Origin: Podarcis muralis
Lineage: Eukaryota
NCBI RefSeq assembly: GCF_964188315.1
Contig: NC_135655.1
Coordinates: 106,330,001 to 106,394,000, forward strand
DNA: 64,000 nt
Direction: 5' to 3'
The stretch's first letter is position 1. Each line of letters starts with the position of its first letter. Shown one piece after another: positions 34,831 through 47,439 of the stretch. Both the position numbers and the translations under genes were made by a program. The notes below the pieces were generated by a model. It saw only the letters and a list, made by a program, of their open reading frames with translations. It was not told the origin of the DNA and made no database searches.

Positions 34831-36811
34831 GTATCGCTTTACTGCAGCTCTTACTGTGATTCAGCTGTTTCAGTTGGGGGGGGAAACATGCTTCGTTTTT
34901 GGAATGTGATGTATATGATGCATGCGCTTTCCAACGCTACCCGGGACTTGCCCTGACTTCTGTGTGGCGCTCTATAATTGATGAAGTGGTCCTACATTGC
35001 AATAACCCTGGTGACCAAAATATAAAAAGAAATGTGTGTGTGTTTGATAGAAAAAGAGAGAGAGCGCACAGACACAAACACACACGTCACTTGTGCAGTG
35101 TGATGTGACTGTTCATTTTGCTGCAAGTGCATGTCTTGAGAAGCTGCCGGTTGCCTTGTTTTCCTTGACCTATCTGCTTGCAACACAGTGAGCGCTCTTT
35201 CTTCCCTTCGCCAGTGAAGGCTGCCCCTGTTTTCTCTCTCCCACACACCTATCTGCCGTACAGAGATCACCTCCGTTCGATAACAACATGATCAGTGACG
35301 CTGCCTTTAGTTATCGGGCTAGGGGCAAAAATATAGATCGGAATTTATACGGCAGGTTTTTGGCCTGTTGTGTGGAAAGGCGAGGATGCAGATACCTATC
35401 GGAGTGCATTTTAATATCTGCTTTGTGTATGCCTCGCTGCGGTTTGCCGCACAACCTTAGATGCTCAATTTCTGTTGAAGCAGGAGAGTGGAGCACCTGT
35501 CTGTAACGTAAACTGATTTCGGCAGGGCTTGTGCAGCAATGCTCTGAGCTCATTGCGTGCACTTTGAATTAATGCATTTTGTTTTGGAGATGGAGGCATG
35601 CAGTGCTAGGCATGTCTGCTTAGAATGAATCCCCACTGAGTTCAGTGAGGCTTGCTCCCAGGTAACCGGGTATTGGATTGCAGCCTAATTCTGTTTAATG
35701 TCTTTATTTGATAAACATTTTTCAATCCTTCTCATAAGAGACCAACACCAGCACTCCCAACAACGACTGGTTAGATGCTTCTGGGGAGCATCTTTGATCT
35801 AAACCACTGGTTTTGTTGCTGCTCAAAACCTTGTATACCACACTTTTGCCATTTAACAGTAACTGCACCTAATTTCTAGTACTGACATTTACAGCTAACT
35901 TCATTGCGCAGCATCCATAGGAGGAGGCCAGCATGTGTTGAGCTGGTGATAGCCATGTGCCGCTCACTCGAGGGATCAGTTCAGTTCAGGTTTGCCTTTT
36001 CGGTGCGCCACAGTTAACCTGCATTTAAGTTGCTTTTTTTGTAGCTTGCCAAAAGTGGACTGAAGGCACCCTGTGGCAAATGGATGTGCATGGCTAGACA
36101 CTAGGCGTGTGTTGAAATGGTTGCATAAGCCACAGTTTCTTAAGAAACACACACACACACCAATCCAGTCACCTGTCATTCCTCAGCTAGAGACAAATTA
36201 TTTGTGACGCAACCCAATTCTTGCCAAAATGAAATCGCAATAATAGGTAGAGTTATTCATAGTGTCTAGAAAATGCTTTCTGTATAGCATGGAATATAAA
36301 TATCATCATTATATTCTATCTTAAGTAGTGAGAGAGACCCAGCCACCCCCCCACCCCCCGAAAAACAAGTCTGGCGAATGGATTTTATTTTGAAAAGTTT
36401 TAGCCTAACTTGTTTTTAAACATCTAATATTATCTAATAGTTTATGGAAATGAAATATAGTATATCTAATATTTAAATCTTAACATTTTAGGGAAACTGC
36501 TTAGAAGTTTTGTTGGTTAAGCGGTATATAAATCTTGTTAGTGGAGAGCGTTGGGGATGGCAAGGCACAAGGGCAATTGCGGGGCTTGAAATTTTGGCCC
36601 CAAACAAGAGTTCTGGCAAATTTTATTCTTGTATAGGGGAGTCAATGGGTTGGCATGGAGGTGTCACAGTATCAGTCTGTGGTGTGTCAAACTGATAAAT
36701 TGACCTTGCTGGTCTTTGGGGAAATTAAATTTGTCAGGCAGTTGAAGTTACGTGCTTTAAACCAGAGACTTAGGTACTGTTTAATCATTTCCTTTTCACC
36801 TGTCTTTACAG

Positions 36812-37380
36812 AAATTCCATTCTCCACGCCTATCCAGTGCACTGATGAACAAGCAGATGACCTCTGTAATCCTTGGGTTAAAAAGGATCTAAACAGAGGT
36901 GCCCCACACTTCCCATCCACCACTCCAAGCGGGATGGGGCAGGATGAGGAAGAAAACTCTGTGGAGTCCCTTTCTCAGTTTAATGTCAAGTTCCCGCCCA
37001 TAGACAACGATGCTGCTTTCTTGGAGAGCACCCCAGATGCTCCAGGAATCCCCTGTCTTGTGATGACTGAGAACATGCTTCCAGATCAGCCGTTTCATAG
37101 GGACCTTGGAGACCAGGACATGAGCTACAGCGAGGTGAAGCGCAACATGTTTGAGGGCCATGGCACTGACTCAAGCACTTCAGCCGCACATAACCTGCCA
37201 GCCAAATCGTCAGCCGCCCACACAAACGCACTCGTACAGAGTCCTTTGGACAACCCTCTGTGTTTTCAAGTGCCTTATGCATACAACTTTGGAGCCACTG
37301 TCTTTCCAGATGAAGATATCCCTGAAATAAAACTTCCGTCTTTAGAAGATAACAAGAGCCCTGTTGGAGTCCCTCAGCAG
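36812..37380 (+). CDS. TANK: TANK coding exon 7, includes TRAF-binding motif PIQCTD
   Basis: ctttacAG|aa ... cag|GTATCT; 569 nt, phase 1 to 0; PIQCTD, NRGAP, ESLSQFNVKFPPIDND and terminal PQQ match human. Confidence 0.97.
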
Positions 37381-40300
37381 GTATCTGCTGTTTTCTATTT
37401 CCTTTTGTGTTTACATATGATGGTGATGATTCTGTAAAGCTGTAAAACTGAGCAGGTAGCTGAACCTGCTCAACCTAATGCGTACCCGGTGCAACATTTA
37501 TTATCCCATCTGCCCACTGCTCTGATTCAAAACGTTTGCATTAGCACAACGGCCTGATATGATTGTGCCACCACTGTAATGTCATAATTTGTGATATTGT
37601 GTTTAGACCAGCAGCCGGTATTCCCTATTCTAAGCCTTCCATCTGCTGATGCAGCATGCTTTGAAACTAGGCTGCAAGTTAATCTTTTTGGGCCTTCTAG
37701 CTAGGGATATTTGAATGACTGAAGAGCATATTTAAGCTCGTTTCTTGTAGGTAGACCCCAGGCCAAATGCCCACACAGGCAGTCTGTTGTACACACCTCT
37801 CTTCCAGTCAGTGCAGGTTTTCTTCCAGGCATTTCTGTGTGCACATTGTAGGTGCGTGTGCATAGTCATCTCTGGAATTGTAGAAAACAGGGAAGCTCTT
37901 TTTGTTTGTTTTTTATTACATTTTCTGCCTTTTCTCTATTTGTGCCTATATGTTTTTCTCCCACCCCTTTTATCATCTCATAGCTCAGGGCATGCAGGAG
38001 TTCGCAGATTTAGTCCCTGGCACCTCCCATTAAAAGAAAGTGATGGGAAAGACACATCTCTGCCTGGCAAACTGCTGCTGCCAGGTTGAGTGGACAGTAC
38101 AGGGCTATTTGGACAAATAGTCTGATCTAGTAGGAGCCTGATTCCTATGTTCCTGACCCATTGTGGTAGCTTAGGCTGAGAAAGTGACCGAGAGTCAAGG
38201 CTGAATGGGGGCTTGAACTCAATGTCTTCTCAGGCCATAACCTGTCGCTCTAACCATTGCACACTGCTTCTTCTCATCCATGCTTTGAGAGTCTGCTCTG
38301 GATTATGTGCACAGAGGATTTTTTTTTTTCAAAAGCCCCTGCGCATATCGCACAACCGCTTTTTTAATATGGAGCGAGAAGCTGATGAAAGACACGTGCA
38401 TGCACTTTTCCGTGTTCCAGGGTCCGTTCTAAGTTGATAACTCTTCCTGCTTCATATGTACAAAACCAATGTTCATTTATTTTAGCTCCCTGCTGAATTT
38501 TTGTGTGCATGTAATCCTTCCACATGAGGCAGTTTTGTGAGCAGGCAACATGTATGGCTTCAATTCGGAAGTGACTCCAGTTTGGCTTCCTCAAACCTCA
38601 CCCAAAAAAGTTATTTGGCTACTTGCCATTCTCCCATCCTTTTGTCTGCTCCTTTCTTTCCACCCCTCACTGCAGGCTGCTTCTCCCCCTACCCCCAATT
38701 TTCTTATTTTCTTTCTCTCCTCTCTCATGGCGCTGCCTCTCCAATGTTTAAGAAAAAGGGAGGTGGCCTCTCAAGATCTGTTGCTAGTGGCAGATTGGAC
38801 CTCCTTTGGTTTATTTTAGGCTGAAATCCTATACACACTTATAGGGAGTTAACCTCTTGGAACTTGGCAGGTTTAAACCCATGTGCTACATCTGGTTTAA
38901 ACCCATGTGAACTTATTTGATGATGATCTGCCATTTTCGGCAGTCACAGAATGAGAGGATATAGTTTGATCTGAAATGATCCATATTAAAACTGATAAGC
39001 ATGCCCGTCATTTTTTGCAAATACCTCTTAAAAACTCTGCTGTGATCTGTTTAACATACTTACCGTGGCGTTACTGTCATCTAAATCGACTAACCCTGTT
39101 GAAAGCAGATGAATTAAAGTGCAAGCGTGCGCAGGTTTTAAGAGGCATATTGATCACACTGCGTAGTGTTAATGTAGTCATGAATTACAGTCACCACTTT
39201 TATGAGTAATGGATCCTCGCTACAAATTATTGAAGATTTAATGAGCTGCACCTCTTACTTTTTCCCAAGTTCATTGTAGCACTCTTAATTTTAGACACAT
39301 ATGCCCAAATTCCTGAGTGTGCCTTCAGTCTATTACATCCTAAAATAATGATGACCTGCAGTTTGGTAATGCACTATTTATTATATATTCATACTAGTTT
39401 CCTTTTGCATCCTATATTAGGGGTCTAGATTTTGCATTTGAATTATTTGATGCCTGGATAGTTTTTGCTTTTGTCTTTACCGCACCAAATTCTGAGTTGG
39501 GCTGAATCAAAGCAAATGAAACTATTTCTTCTGTTACCACTGAGATTCCTGTGGTTTGTAAATCATCTGTTCGTTCTTCTTCCTCTTTTTCTCCATCATG
39601 TCTCCTGCTTGTTTTTTTAACTATTCATTTCTCAGTAGATGGCACTCTGCATTGTATATTAAAGCATGTGAAACAGCTGGTATGTGATTGCAAGTTGATA
39701 GAGAAGCATGCAGCTTTAAAAGTGCATAAGAATTGGTGTTGAACTGTCAGAATGTGCAGGGCGTGAGGCTATAAAAATTCATATACTTGAAAAATAAGAA
39801 AAAGCTTACATTTTAAAATATAAGTGGCCTGTGCTGTAATTTAGTAGTAGCCAGGAAGCCTTGATATTTTATGTGTCTACATTTGGAGAGACAACTGGTG
39901 ACAGAAAATACTTCCGATATTTGTTCGTTGTATACAGGAAGGTCTTTGATTAAAGTTGTGCATTTTCTCTAATCACCTAGGCAAATAAAAGCCACCGTTC
40001 CTTTAAAATCTTCTAAATTGACAGCTGCATAGATTTGCTAAACATTTTGTTACCTTTCTTGTTGCTTTCTCAATGTTTTCATACCTTTTTAGTTTAAGGG
40101 TGATTTTTTTTAAACAGATGCAAAATCTCATCACTTTGAGTCCAGTTAACAATAGGTTGCATAAAGTTTCCATCATTTGAAAATGTGTGCTTAGCCCCCC
40201 CCCCCCTTTCTTTTTAGCGGCAGTAGGGGAAATGTGAAAAATGGAGTCACAAAATACTTGCTGAAAATAAGGGTCCCAATTCGCAAGGCATGTTAAAAGG

Positions 40301-42403
40301 GCTCTGTCCCTGTTACTGAGAGAGCTGCGATGATAGCCTCGTGCTTGCCCACATGAACTGTAGAGCTGGCCTGAAAACCTTTGCAGGGTCTGATTTGGAA
40401 TGTACTTTGTAAGACAGTGACAGCAATTCCTGGTGGAGAACATGGCTTCACTTTCACACAAAGACAGCTTGGGTCAGCCCACCATCCTGTTTGCATGGTA
40501 AAAAATGGCCAGGTTGAAGACACATTGAAAGCACATAAGTCCTTGTTCTATACTATTCACCATTGCTGACATCCTGATAGTGCCATCTTACTTGCCTGAT
40601 ATTCTCTCCCACCCCTCCTGTAGACAAGAGCTTTCTGTCATGCATTTAGTACATGCGTTAACAAATAACAACGAGGAGAGGAAACTTAAATGCAGTGTAA
40701 TTGGCAACCGTAAGTCATTAGAGCTGTGGCTCTCAGCTGATGTAATAAATTTAGCTCTTCCTTGCAGACACTAAATATAAAAACTTGAGCCTGCTTCCTT
40801 AGTATATAGCAGTTTCTTAAACACCTGGATTGAAAACTGTAATACTGAAAACAGGAGTGGAGACTGAATTGAAGGATTAGGATTTTGATTCATCCCTTCA
40901 TTCTGTGTCGTCTGGGGAGCTAGTCTAGCAAGCAGGGCTCCTGATTTTGAGACAAACAAACATTAAGAGCATTTTCATCCATGTAAATGTGTGCACGTAG
41001 CTCCAGTTCAACACAACACTTCAACATTTGCATGAGTGTTATTTGGCAGGGGGAAGGTTGCATAGTTTAATTTATTTTGAGCTATAATTCATCTTTAGGA
41101 CTGCAAGCGCTCACAAACTGAAAGCCATGTTTTTAAGTGCATGCTTTCTTCAATATCTTAAAAATAAGCACCAGCATTGATTAATCCAATCAGTTCTCAT
41201 GTTACCACAACTTCAGTCAGTTAAAAGGCAGATAATTAATTGGTTCACACTTCTAACAATAACATTCTTGCACATATTCGTAGCTATACTTTTATTGGGT
41301 GGGGTTACCATCAGAGATCCAAAATAAAAATTACAGTAGCAGCTGAATGCCATCTACAATAAAATAATAAAAATCCTAAATAAATGTGTGTTAGGCAAGA
41401 ACCCTGAAGTAGAGCCTGCCTGAATCAAGCTCAAAACTCAATGAGTAAAATACTTGCAAGCTAAGGCCCTCCAGCTGGTGTGAATTTGATCAAATATTTC
41501 AAATACAGCATGCATATTGTGGCCATCTAGTCATGACTCCTATTACAGTTATTAAAACTGCCAGTTTAAATCAAGGTGGAGTTGCAAATAAGTAATTAAA
41601 AGCACACTTCCGCAGTGATATTTAAAACACGCGTCAGTGCCTAGACAGGTTTCCGAAGCAATTTACACCAACAGAAAAGTAGACTGTTTGTTAGAACTTG
41701 ATGTAATTACACCTAATTAGCCTGTGTTCTTCGTGGATTGATGACTGACCAGAGTAAAAAGAAAAAAGGCCACAACAGAAATCTGCTAAGGCGTTGTGGC
41801 CAGTATTAAATATTGTTTAGACAAAAAAATTACTCAGAGAAATTGTGAGTGTTCCCCCCCCCCTTTTTTTAAAAAAAATAAACCACTTTGCTTCAGAATT
41901 TTTGAGATACTGGTACATATGAATGACATAGAGGCTTGCTATGCTCACACTCACATGTACATAGGCACACTTTCACACATTAGATACATAAATTATATAC
42001 ATTTTATTTTTAAAAGCCTTCTGAGCCCGAATTGCTTGTTCCAGCTCCAAATCCAAGTTGCTTGTATGCCCTCATAAGTTACATGATCAAAGTGATTGGT
42101 AAGATATATTTTCTTGGTGTTTATTTTTAAAAATGGGGGTACCACTTCAGTCGTAATCCTCATGTAATTTGAATATCGGTGCCCTGATATAAACATGCAT
42201 TGAAATAGGAAAGTATAGTATATGCATTTATCAATCCAGAATTATCAAGAATATATGTTTTAGCTGATGAAAATATTGGCAAGGTTTCATTCTAGGAGTA
42301 TTCATTTGAGGCCGCATATTTAGATCTACCTAGCAGCAACATCCCTAGCTGGTGAAATATTTGCGTTCATAACTCTTCTTTTTCTACCCTCTGCTTCTTA
42401 CAG

Positions 42404-42577
42404 CCGCTCTGGGAGCCATATCACACTCAAGACAATGATGTATTGGCACTTCCTTCTGCAGACTCGGAACTTGATCAGACTGGAATATGTGAATTCTGTC
42501 AGAAAGTTTTTCCACCATCTAGTACATCAGAGGACTTTCTGAGGCATCTGAATTCACACTTCAACTTGAAGTCCTAG
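42404..42577 (+). CDS. TANK: TANK last coding exon, C2H2/UBZ-type zinc finger (…CEFCQKVFPPSSTSEDFLRHLNSHFNLKS*)
   Basis: cttcttacAG|ccg; 174 nt to TAG; matches the human C-terminus; missed by the ORF track. Confidence 0.96.
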   Translation, partial: PLWEPYHTQDNDVLALPSADSELDQTGICEFCQKVFPPSSTSEDFLRHLNSHFNLKS

Positions 42578-45011
42578 TGTCACCGGAGTACAGATTTTTG
42601 TTGTTGCTGCTGTTGTTGTTGAAACCAGGTGTTGCTGTACTTTGATTCCAGCCCAACTGCGCATTGTAATTCCAGAGCTTTGCACAACATCTATACCAGA
42701 ACCGACCCGGAGCTGTGTTAATACAATTTAAGCCAATTTCAAATGCATAAAAGGAAAATAACTGCAATGCCACCAACAAAGGCACATCTTCCGGAGCACA
42801 GGGGTTGGGAAGAACTGAAGATTGCGACTATCTGGTCGAGGGGGGGGAGAAGGACTTGACTTGGTAACTATAACACCATTGTGCCTTTGCTTTCACTTTT
42901 ATTCACTGGAATCTTTTTGACCATCGAAACAAATATTTACTTTTGCCATCATGAATGATACAGTACTGAACTCCAGCTAGAAACAGATGTGATGCAGTGC
43001 TTTCAGAGGAATTCAGCTCCCCCACCCTGTGCGCCAGGTTTGTAAGGGGGGGTGGTGGCTTTGGGAAGATGAATTAGTCAGAGGTGTCCAGAATGGAGCT
43101 TCACTTTCCACCTGGTTTAGAATTGCACCCTTAATTGTGTTCTTACTCTGTGCTGATCCTATCACGTAGAAATGCATTTGCCATATGGGCTGGCTCATTT
43201 GCAGTTAGTGTTAGTGGCCCAGTGGACCATCCTTCTTAGCTACTGGTCCTAAGTGTGCCAGTGCCACACATAAATGGATCAGTGCCTTTAGTAAAGACAT
43301 TAACCATGACTAGTGGCCATCAAGCAATTTTCTAGGAGGCTGTTTGGAACAGAATAAAAAGTTAGCTAGAGCAGGGCTTTGCTGTTTCGCTTTGTCCTTT
43401 TTCAGGATTGGTGAGTGATCTCACATAGGTGATCTCACTTAAATTATATCACTGCTATAGTAACAAAACTGCCTCTGGGAATGCGGATTCCTGTTCCTGA
43501 AACATAAATTCCATTGTTTAAGGCTAGCATAGAATATTCAAACTGACCTATAGTGTCGTGCTTACCCCATAAATATTAGACTCACACAATCAGTGTTTGT
43601 GTGTCTTCTCTCCCAATCTCAAAAAAACAAAAATCCGCTGTTGCAAAGAGAAGAATATGGTGCCTAAACTGAAACGAATTCACCCTGTGATTTGTAAGCT
43701 GCATAAGCCAGGTCACTGACTTTGTGATGATGTATAAGCAAGCTCTTTAATTTTGGGTGTGGAGAAGGCAGTCTCGCACAGGGAACCTGTCTCTGTGTGC
43801 ATTTCCCCGTTCCCCTATCCAGTATAGTTGATAGGATAATAGCATTTGCTTGCAATAAATGTTAATTTTGTGGAGAAAGGTGGTAGAGCGATAGTAGAGC
43901 ATATTATTGGCATGCAGACATTTCCTGATAGGGCTGAAAAACGTGGCAAATAACTACTAGTCAGTACAAACAGGACTGAGTGTGGTATGGCTTGATATAA
44001 CACAGCTTCCTGTGTTCCTATACTTAACTTCCCAGGCATCTTGAGGGAAGCTAGGGATCCTAGGTCCATCCTTCACAAAGCCCCTAATTTCCCAGCTCTT
44101 TTGCACTTTCCTCACCATTACCTTCACCCCTTCCTCATCCCCCTCTCCCAGCTTTAGGAAGCTGGAAGCATGCCTTAATTCCTGCCAATTGAGCAGGCAG
44201 AAATGGCTGCCAGTCTTGGTGTTGGTGAGCAGTGGGAGGACCTGAGGCCTCCAGAGTTGTCAGTAGATGAAGGGCCCAAGAGTTGCAGGGAGGAGCCGTA
44301 AGCCAGCAATAGAGCAGAGAACATCTTCTGCCAGACAGAAGAGGCAATATTGGACTAGGCTTGTCAATGATCTGGCAATATAAGTAGTTAATGTCAGAAC
44401 AATAGATGGCCCTGGATGAAGACAATCTCTTTGCGTCAAAAAACATGTCTCACCAGCTAAGTGGGACTGAAATGAACATTGTATAAGGCTTTCATAATAT
44501 ATAATGAGTACACAAACATTTAGCTTTATTGGAGTATTGCATGGGGAGGTTTGTGGTGAGTTTTTTTTAAAAAACAAAACATTCCCATTTTAGAGGTTAA
44601 ATAAGTTGTTAATTCTGAGCGTTTTATAGCCATCAGGCTTTACCTGAGACACTTCAAACCGCCCCGCCCCCCCCCCACACACACACCAGTATGGTATTTT
44701 TCAACAAGCTGATCATGTTTGCAACGTGATAATCTTGGACTGGTTGGGGGTTTTTTTTGTCCAGGTGTAATATAGTTTATATAGTTAGGAGTTTAAAAAC
44801 TGTCTGTATATGCTGTTAATATCTAGATTTCTTCACTTTTCCCAAATGTCTAGTATTTACATAAAAGTCCCAATTTTGCAAATCGAAAGGATGGAGAAAA
44901 CCCGGATGTCTTGCATAATTTTAACTCATTTGGATATATAAACATTTTTGTACAACTTTGGTTACAGCCTCTCATCTGTTTCTGAAAAACTGTTAACTGC
45001 CTTTGTGCTAA

Positions 45012-45017
45012 AATAAA
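45012..45017 (+). terminator. TANK: candidate distal TANK polyadenylation signal AATAAA
   Basis: Follows an AT-rich stretch with TGTA elements and precedes GT/T-rich sequence; other AATAAA near 43353 and 43854 are alternatives. Confidence 0.45.
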
Positions 45018-45705
45018 CTGCATTGTGCAGGGTTTTGGCTCTGGTGTGACCCTGAATGTTTGTTTGGTCTTACTCCGATAAAACTACCAGGCCAAGCCTT
45101 TTACAAATCCATGTATGACATAACACATTCTGAGACTTTTCTTTAGGCTTGCTTAGGAATTGTGCTCTTCAGGGTGTACTCTGGACAGAGAACGAACCAC
45201 ATTTCTTGAAAACGGGGTTTCATCTTGAAGTTAAAAGTAGTAAGATGTGATGGCAGTATAATAAAGGGCTAACTAGGATTTTTTTTTTAAGTCATGTATT
45301 TTGCATTGCCTACGTTTCTCTCTACACACATTCCCTTCCTATATTTCCTGTGAGCTGACACATATCACTCTCTCTACATGAAGGAACAGTACTGGCAGAA
45401 ACAAGTGGAGTTGCAGAATCCCCAGAAGTACCAAAACACAGCATTAAAGGGGGGGGGGATTCCCCTTCCAAAACAAGAAAACAAATAGAAACAGGCCAGT
45501 AAGGTGCTACAAACACTGAGAGTTAGGTAGAAGAAATGAAAATAGGCTGGAATGAGCTTGCTTGCTTGCCCCCTTACATCTTAAGTGTAGGGATGGGGAA
45601 TCTGTGACCTTCCTATTGGGACTCCTATTCCATCTCCTTGCCTAGTTCCCTTAGCTGGTGGAAACTGTATTTTAACAATTGGAGGGAGGGTCACAGGTTC
45701 CCTAC

Positions 45706-45843
45706 CAGCGGTTCTCAACCTGTGGGTCCCCAGATGTGGTTGGACTACAACTCCCATCATTCCTGAGCTCTGGCCTTGCTAGCTAGGGGTGATGAGAGTT
45801 GTAGTTCAACAACATCTGGGGACCCACAGGTTGAGAAAGTCTG
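45706..45843. mobile_element. palindromic hAT-type MITE
   Basis: cagcggttctcaacctgtgggtccccagatgt ... acatctggggacccacaggttgagaaagtctg; relatives at about 21399-21527 and 54578-54715. Confidence 0.8.
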
Positions 45844-47439
45844 GCTTAGATAGTATCCTGCAAGGCTGACTAGCTGAAGCTCTCTACTGGAGCTTTTCTG
45901 TTAGGGGTGAAACACTTGGTTGCATATCTGTTTCTAGAAGCTTTCACATTCCTTATTCATCTTCCAACTCTTAAGATACATCAGCAGTCTGGTGTATGAA
46001 AGATCAAGGAAGGACTGCAAAGCAGTTGACTTAATTTATATTTGAGAGGAAGTCAACATTGTGCTCTTCTGATCTTTCAGTCAGCATATTTCTCCATGCT
46101 GCAAAGAATGGTTCCTCCCCGCCCCCACATGTGTTCTGGAGGGTTCTCCCCACCACAGCAGATTTGGAGGGGGTAAGACCCATTGCACTACTCTAGCAGG
46201 AACCCTTTTGCAGCCTTCCAGCAGCACACTGCATTAGTTGAATCTGGGCCTCAAAGTATCCCCTGCCAACTCCCATTCAGTTGAGTGAACTGGGTAGTGG
46301 ATCTAACAAGCAAGCAAAGAATAAGTAAGCATAGGCATCTTAAAATCAGATGCTATGAGGGTACAGCAGCTACTTCATCTTAAGGAGTTTAGCTTAGACA
46401 AAATTCCACACAATTCAAATTTCACATCTTTGTAGAATGCTGCATATTTAAATTTATGAATCGCTTCTCACGATAAAAAGTCACTTAGAAATTTATAGTG
46501 GAAAGTAAATTACAGTAATAAAAATACGTACGTAAGCATAATTAAGAATAATTAAGAACATAAGTAGATTCAATCATTGGCGTTACCCAAATGCCTGGGG
46601 AAACTTGATACATTGCTCCAATTAGGTGCTGGTGGGCAAATAAATTTGCACCCTCCAGTCTAACGCAACTTTTTGAGGGCGAATGACTATTTCTGCTACT
46701 GCTGCCAGCGAGGACATCTGCTTTATTATGCTCACCAGGGGAAGCGCAGGCAGTAGGAAGCACTAATACTCCTAAAAAGAGGATTGAGCCCAACAGGGAT
46801 ACAAATTATTTTTTCAAGTAGTGGAGAAAAGCAGAGTGGGGGCAGCAGAGCCAAAAAAGACATTTTGTCCCTGCTTTCTTCCACCTTCTCAAAGGTGCTG
46901 GTCTTCCTTCTCTTTGCTCCCCACACCTTACAAGAGACAGGTGCGTCTTTTTAACCATAGTTGGACCCACAAAGCACACTTCAGGTGCCAGTGGATTTGA
47001 GCCTCCCAGAGCTGACTTAGGCATCCCATCAGTGGGAGAGGAGAGAGTGTTGCTGAGGTGAGGTTCCCACCACCGTGGCTGCTCCATGCACAGGTTTTTC
47101 CTTTAGCATATATGTATTTATTGCATGTGTGAGCTCGCTCTCTCTCACACACACACCTTTTCTCTCCCTCTCTCTGGCTACCTCGCCAGCTGCTTGTAGC
47201 TCCAGTAATTAGACTGTCACCGCTCGTTAGAGGAGCGAGGGAAACACACTTGTGACAGATTCCACTAGTTCATCGAGGGGGTGCGATCTTCGAAGGGAAA
47301 TTTAGTACATTAATTTGAGGTCTCAGCTCTGTCCTTTTCTGGAGGTTCCCTCTGCAGTCTGTTTATTGCCACACTCAGCTTGGGCTTCTTTTTCCCCCTT
47401 CGCCTTCGGAGCCCGCCAATAAACTTTAGATTAGATTAA

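Noticed and set aside
36655-36811. N-terminal part of the 260-aa ORF, and its tail after 37380
   Set aside because: Intronic read-through flanking the real 569-nt exon
37597-37690. Possible extra exon after tttag (…QQPVFPILSLPSADAACFE…)
   Set aside because: The preceding exon ends in phase 0, and that frame hits TAA after 8 codons
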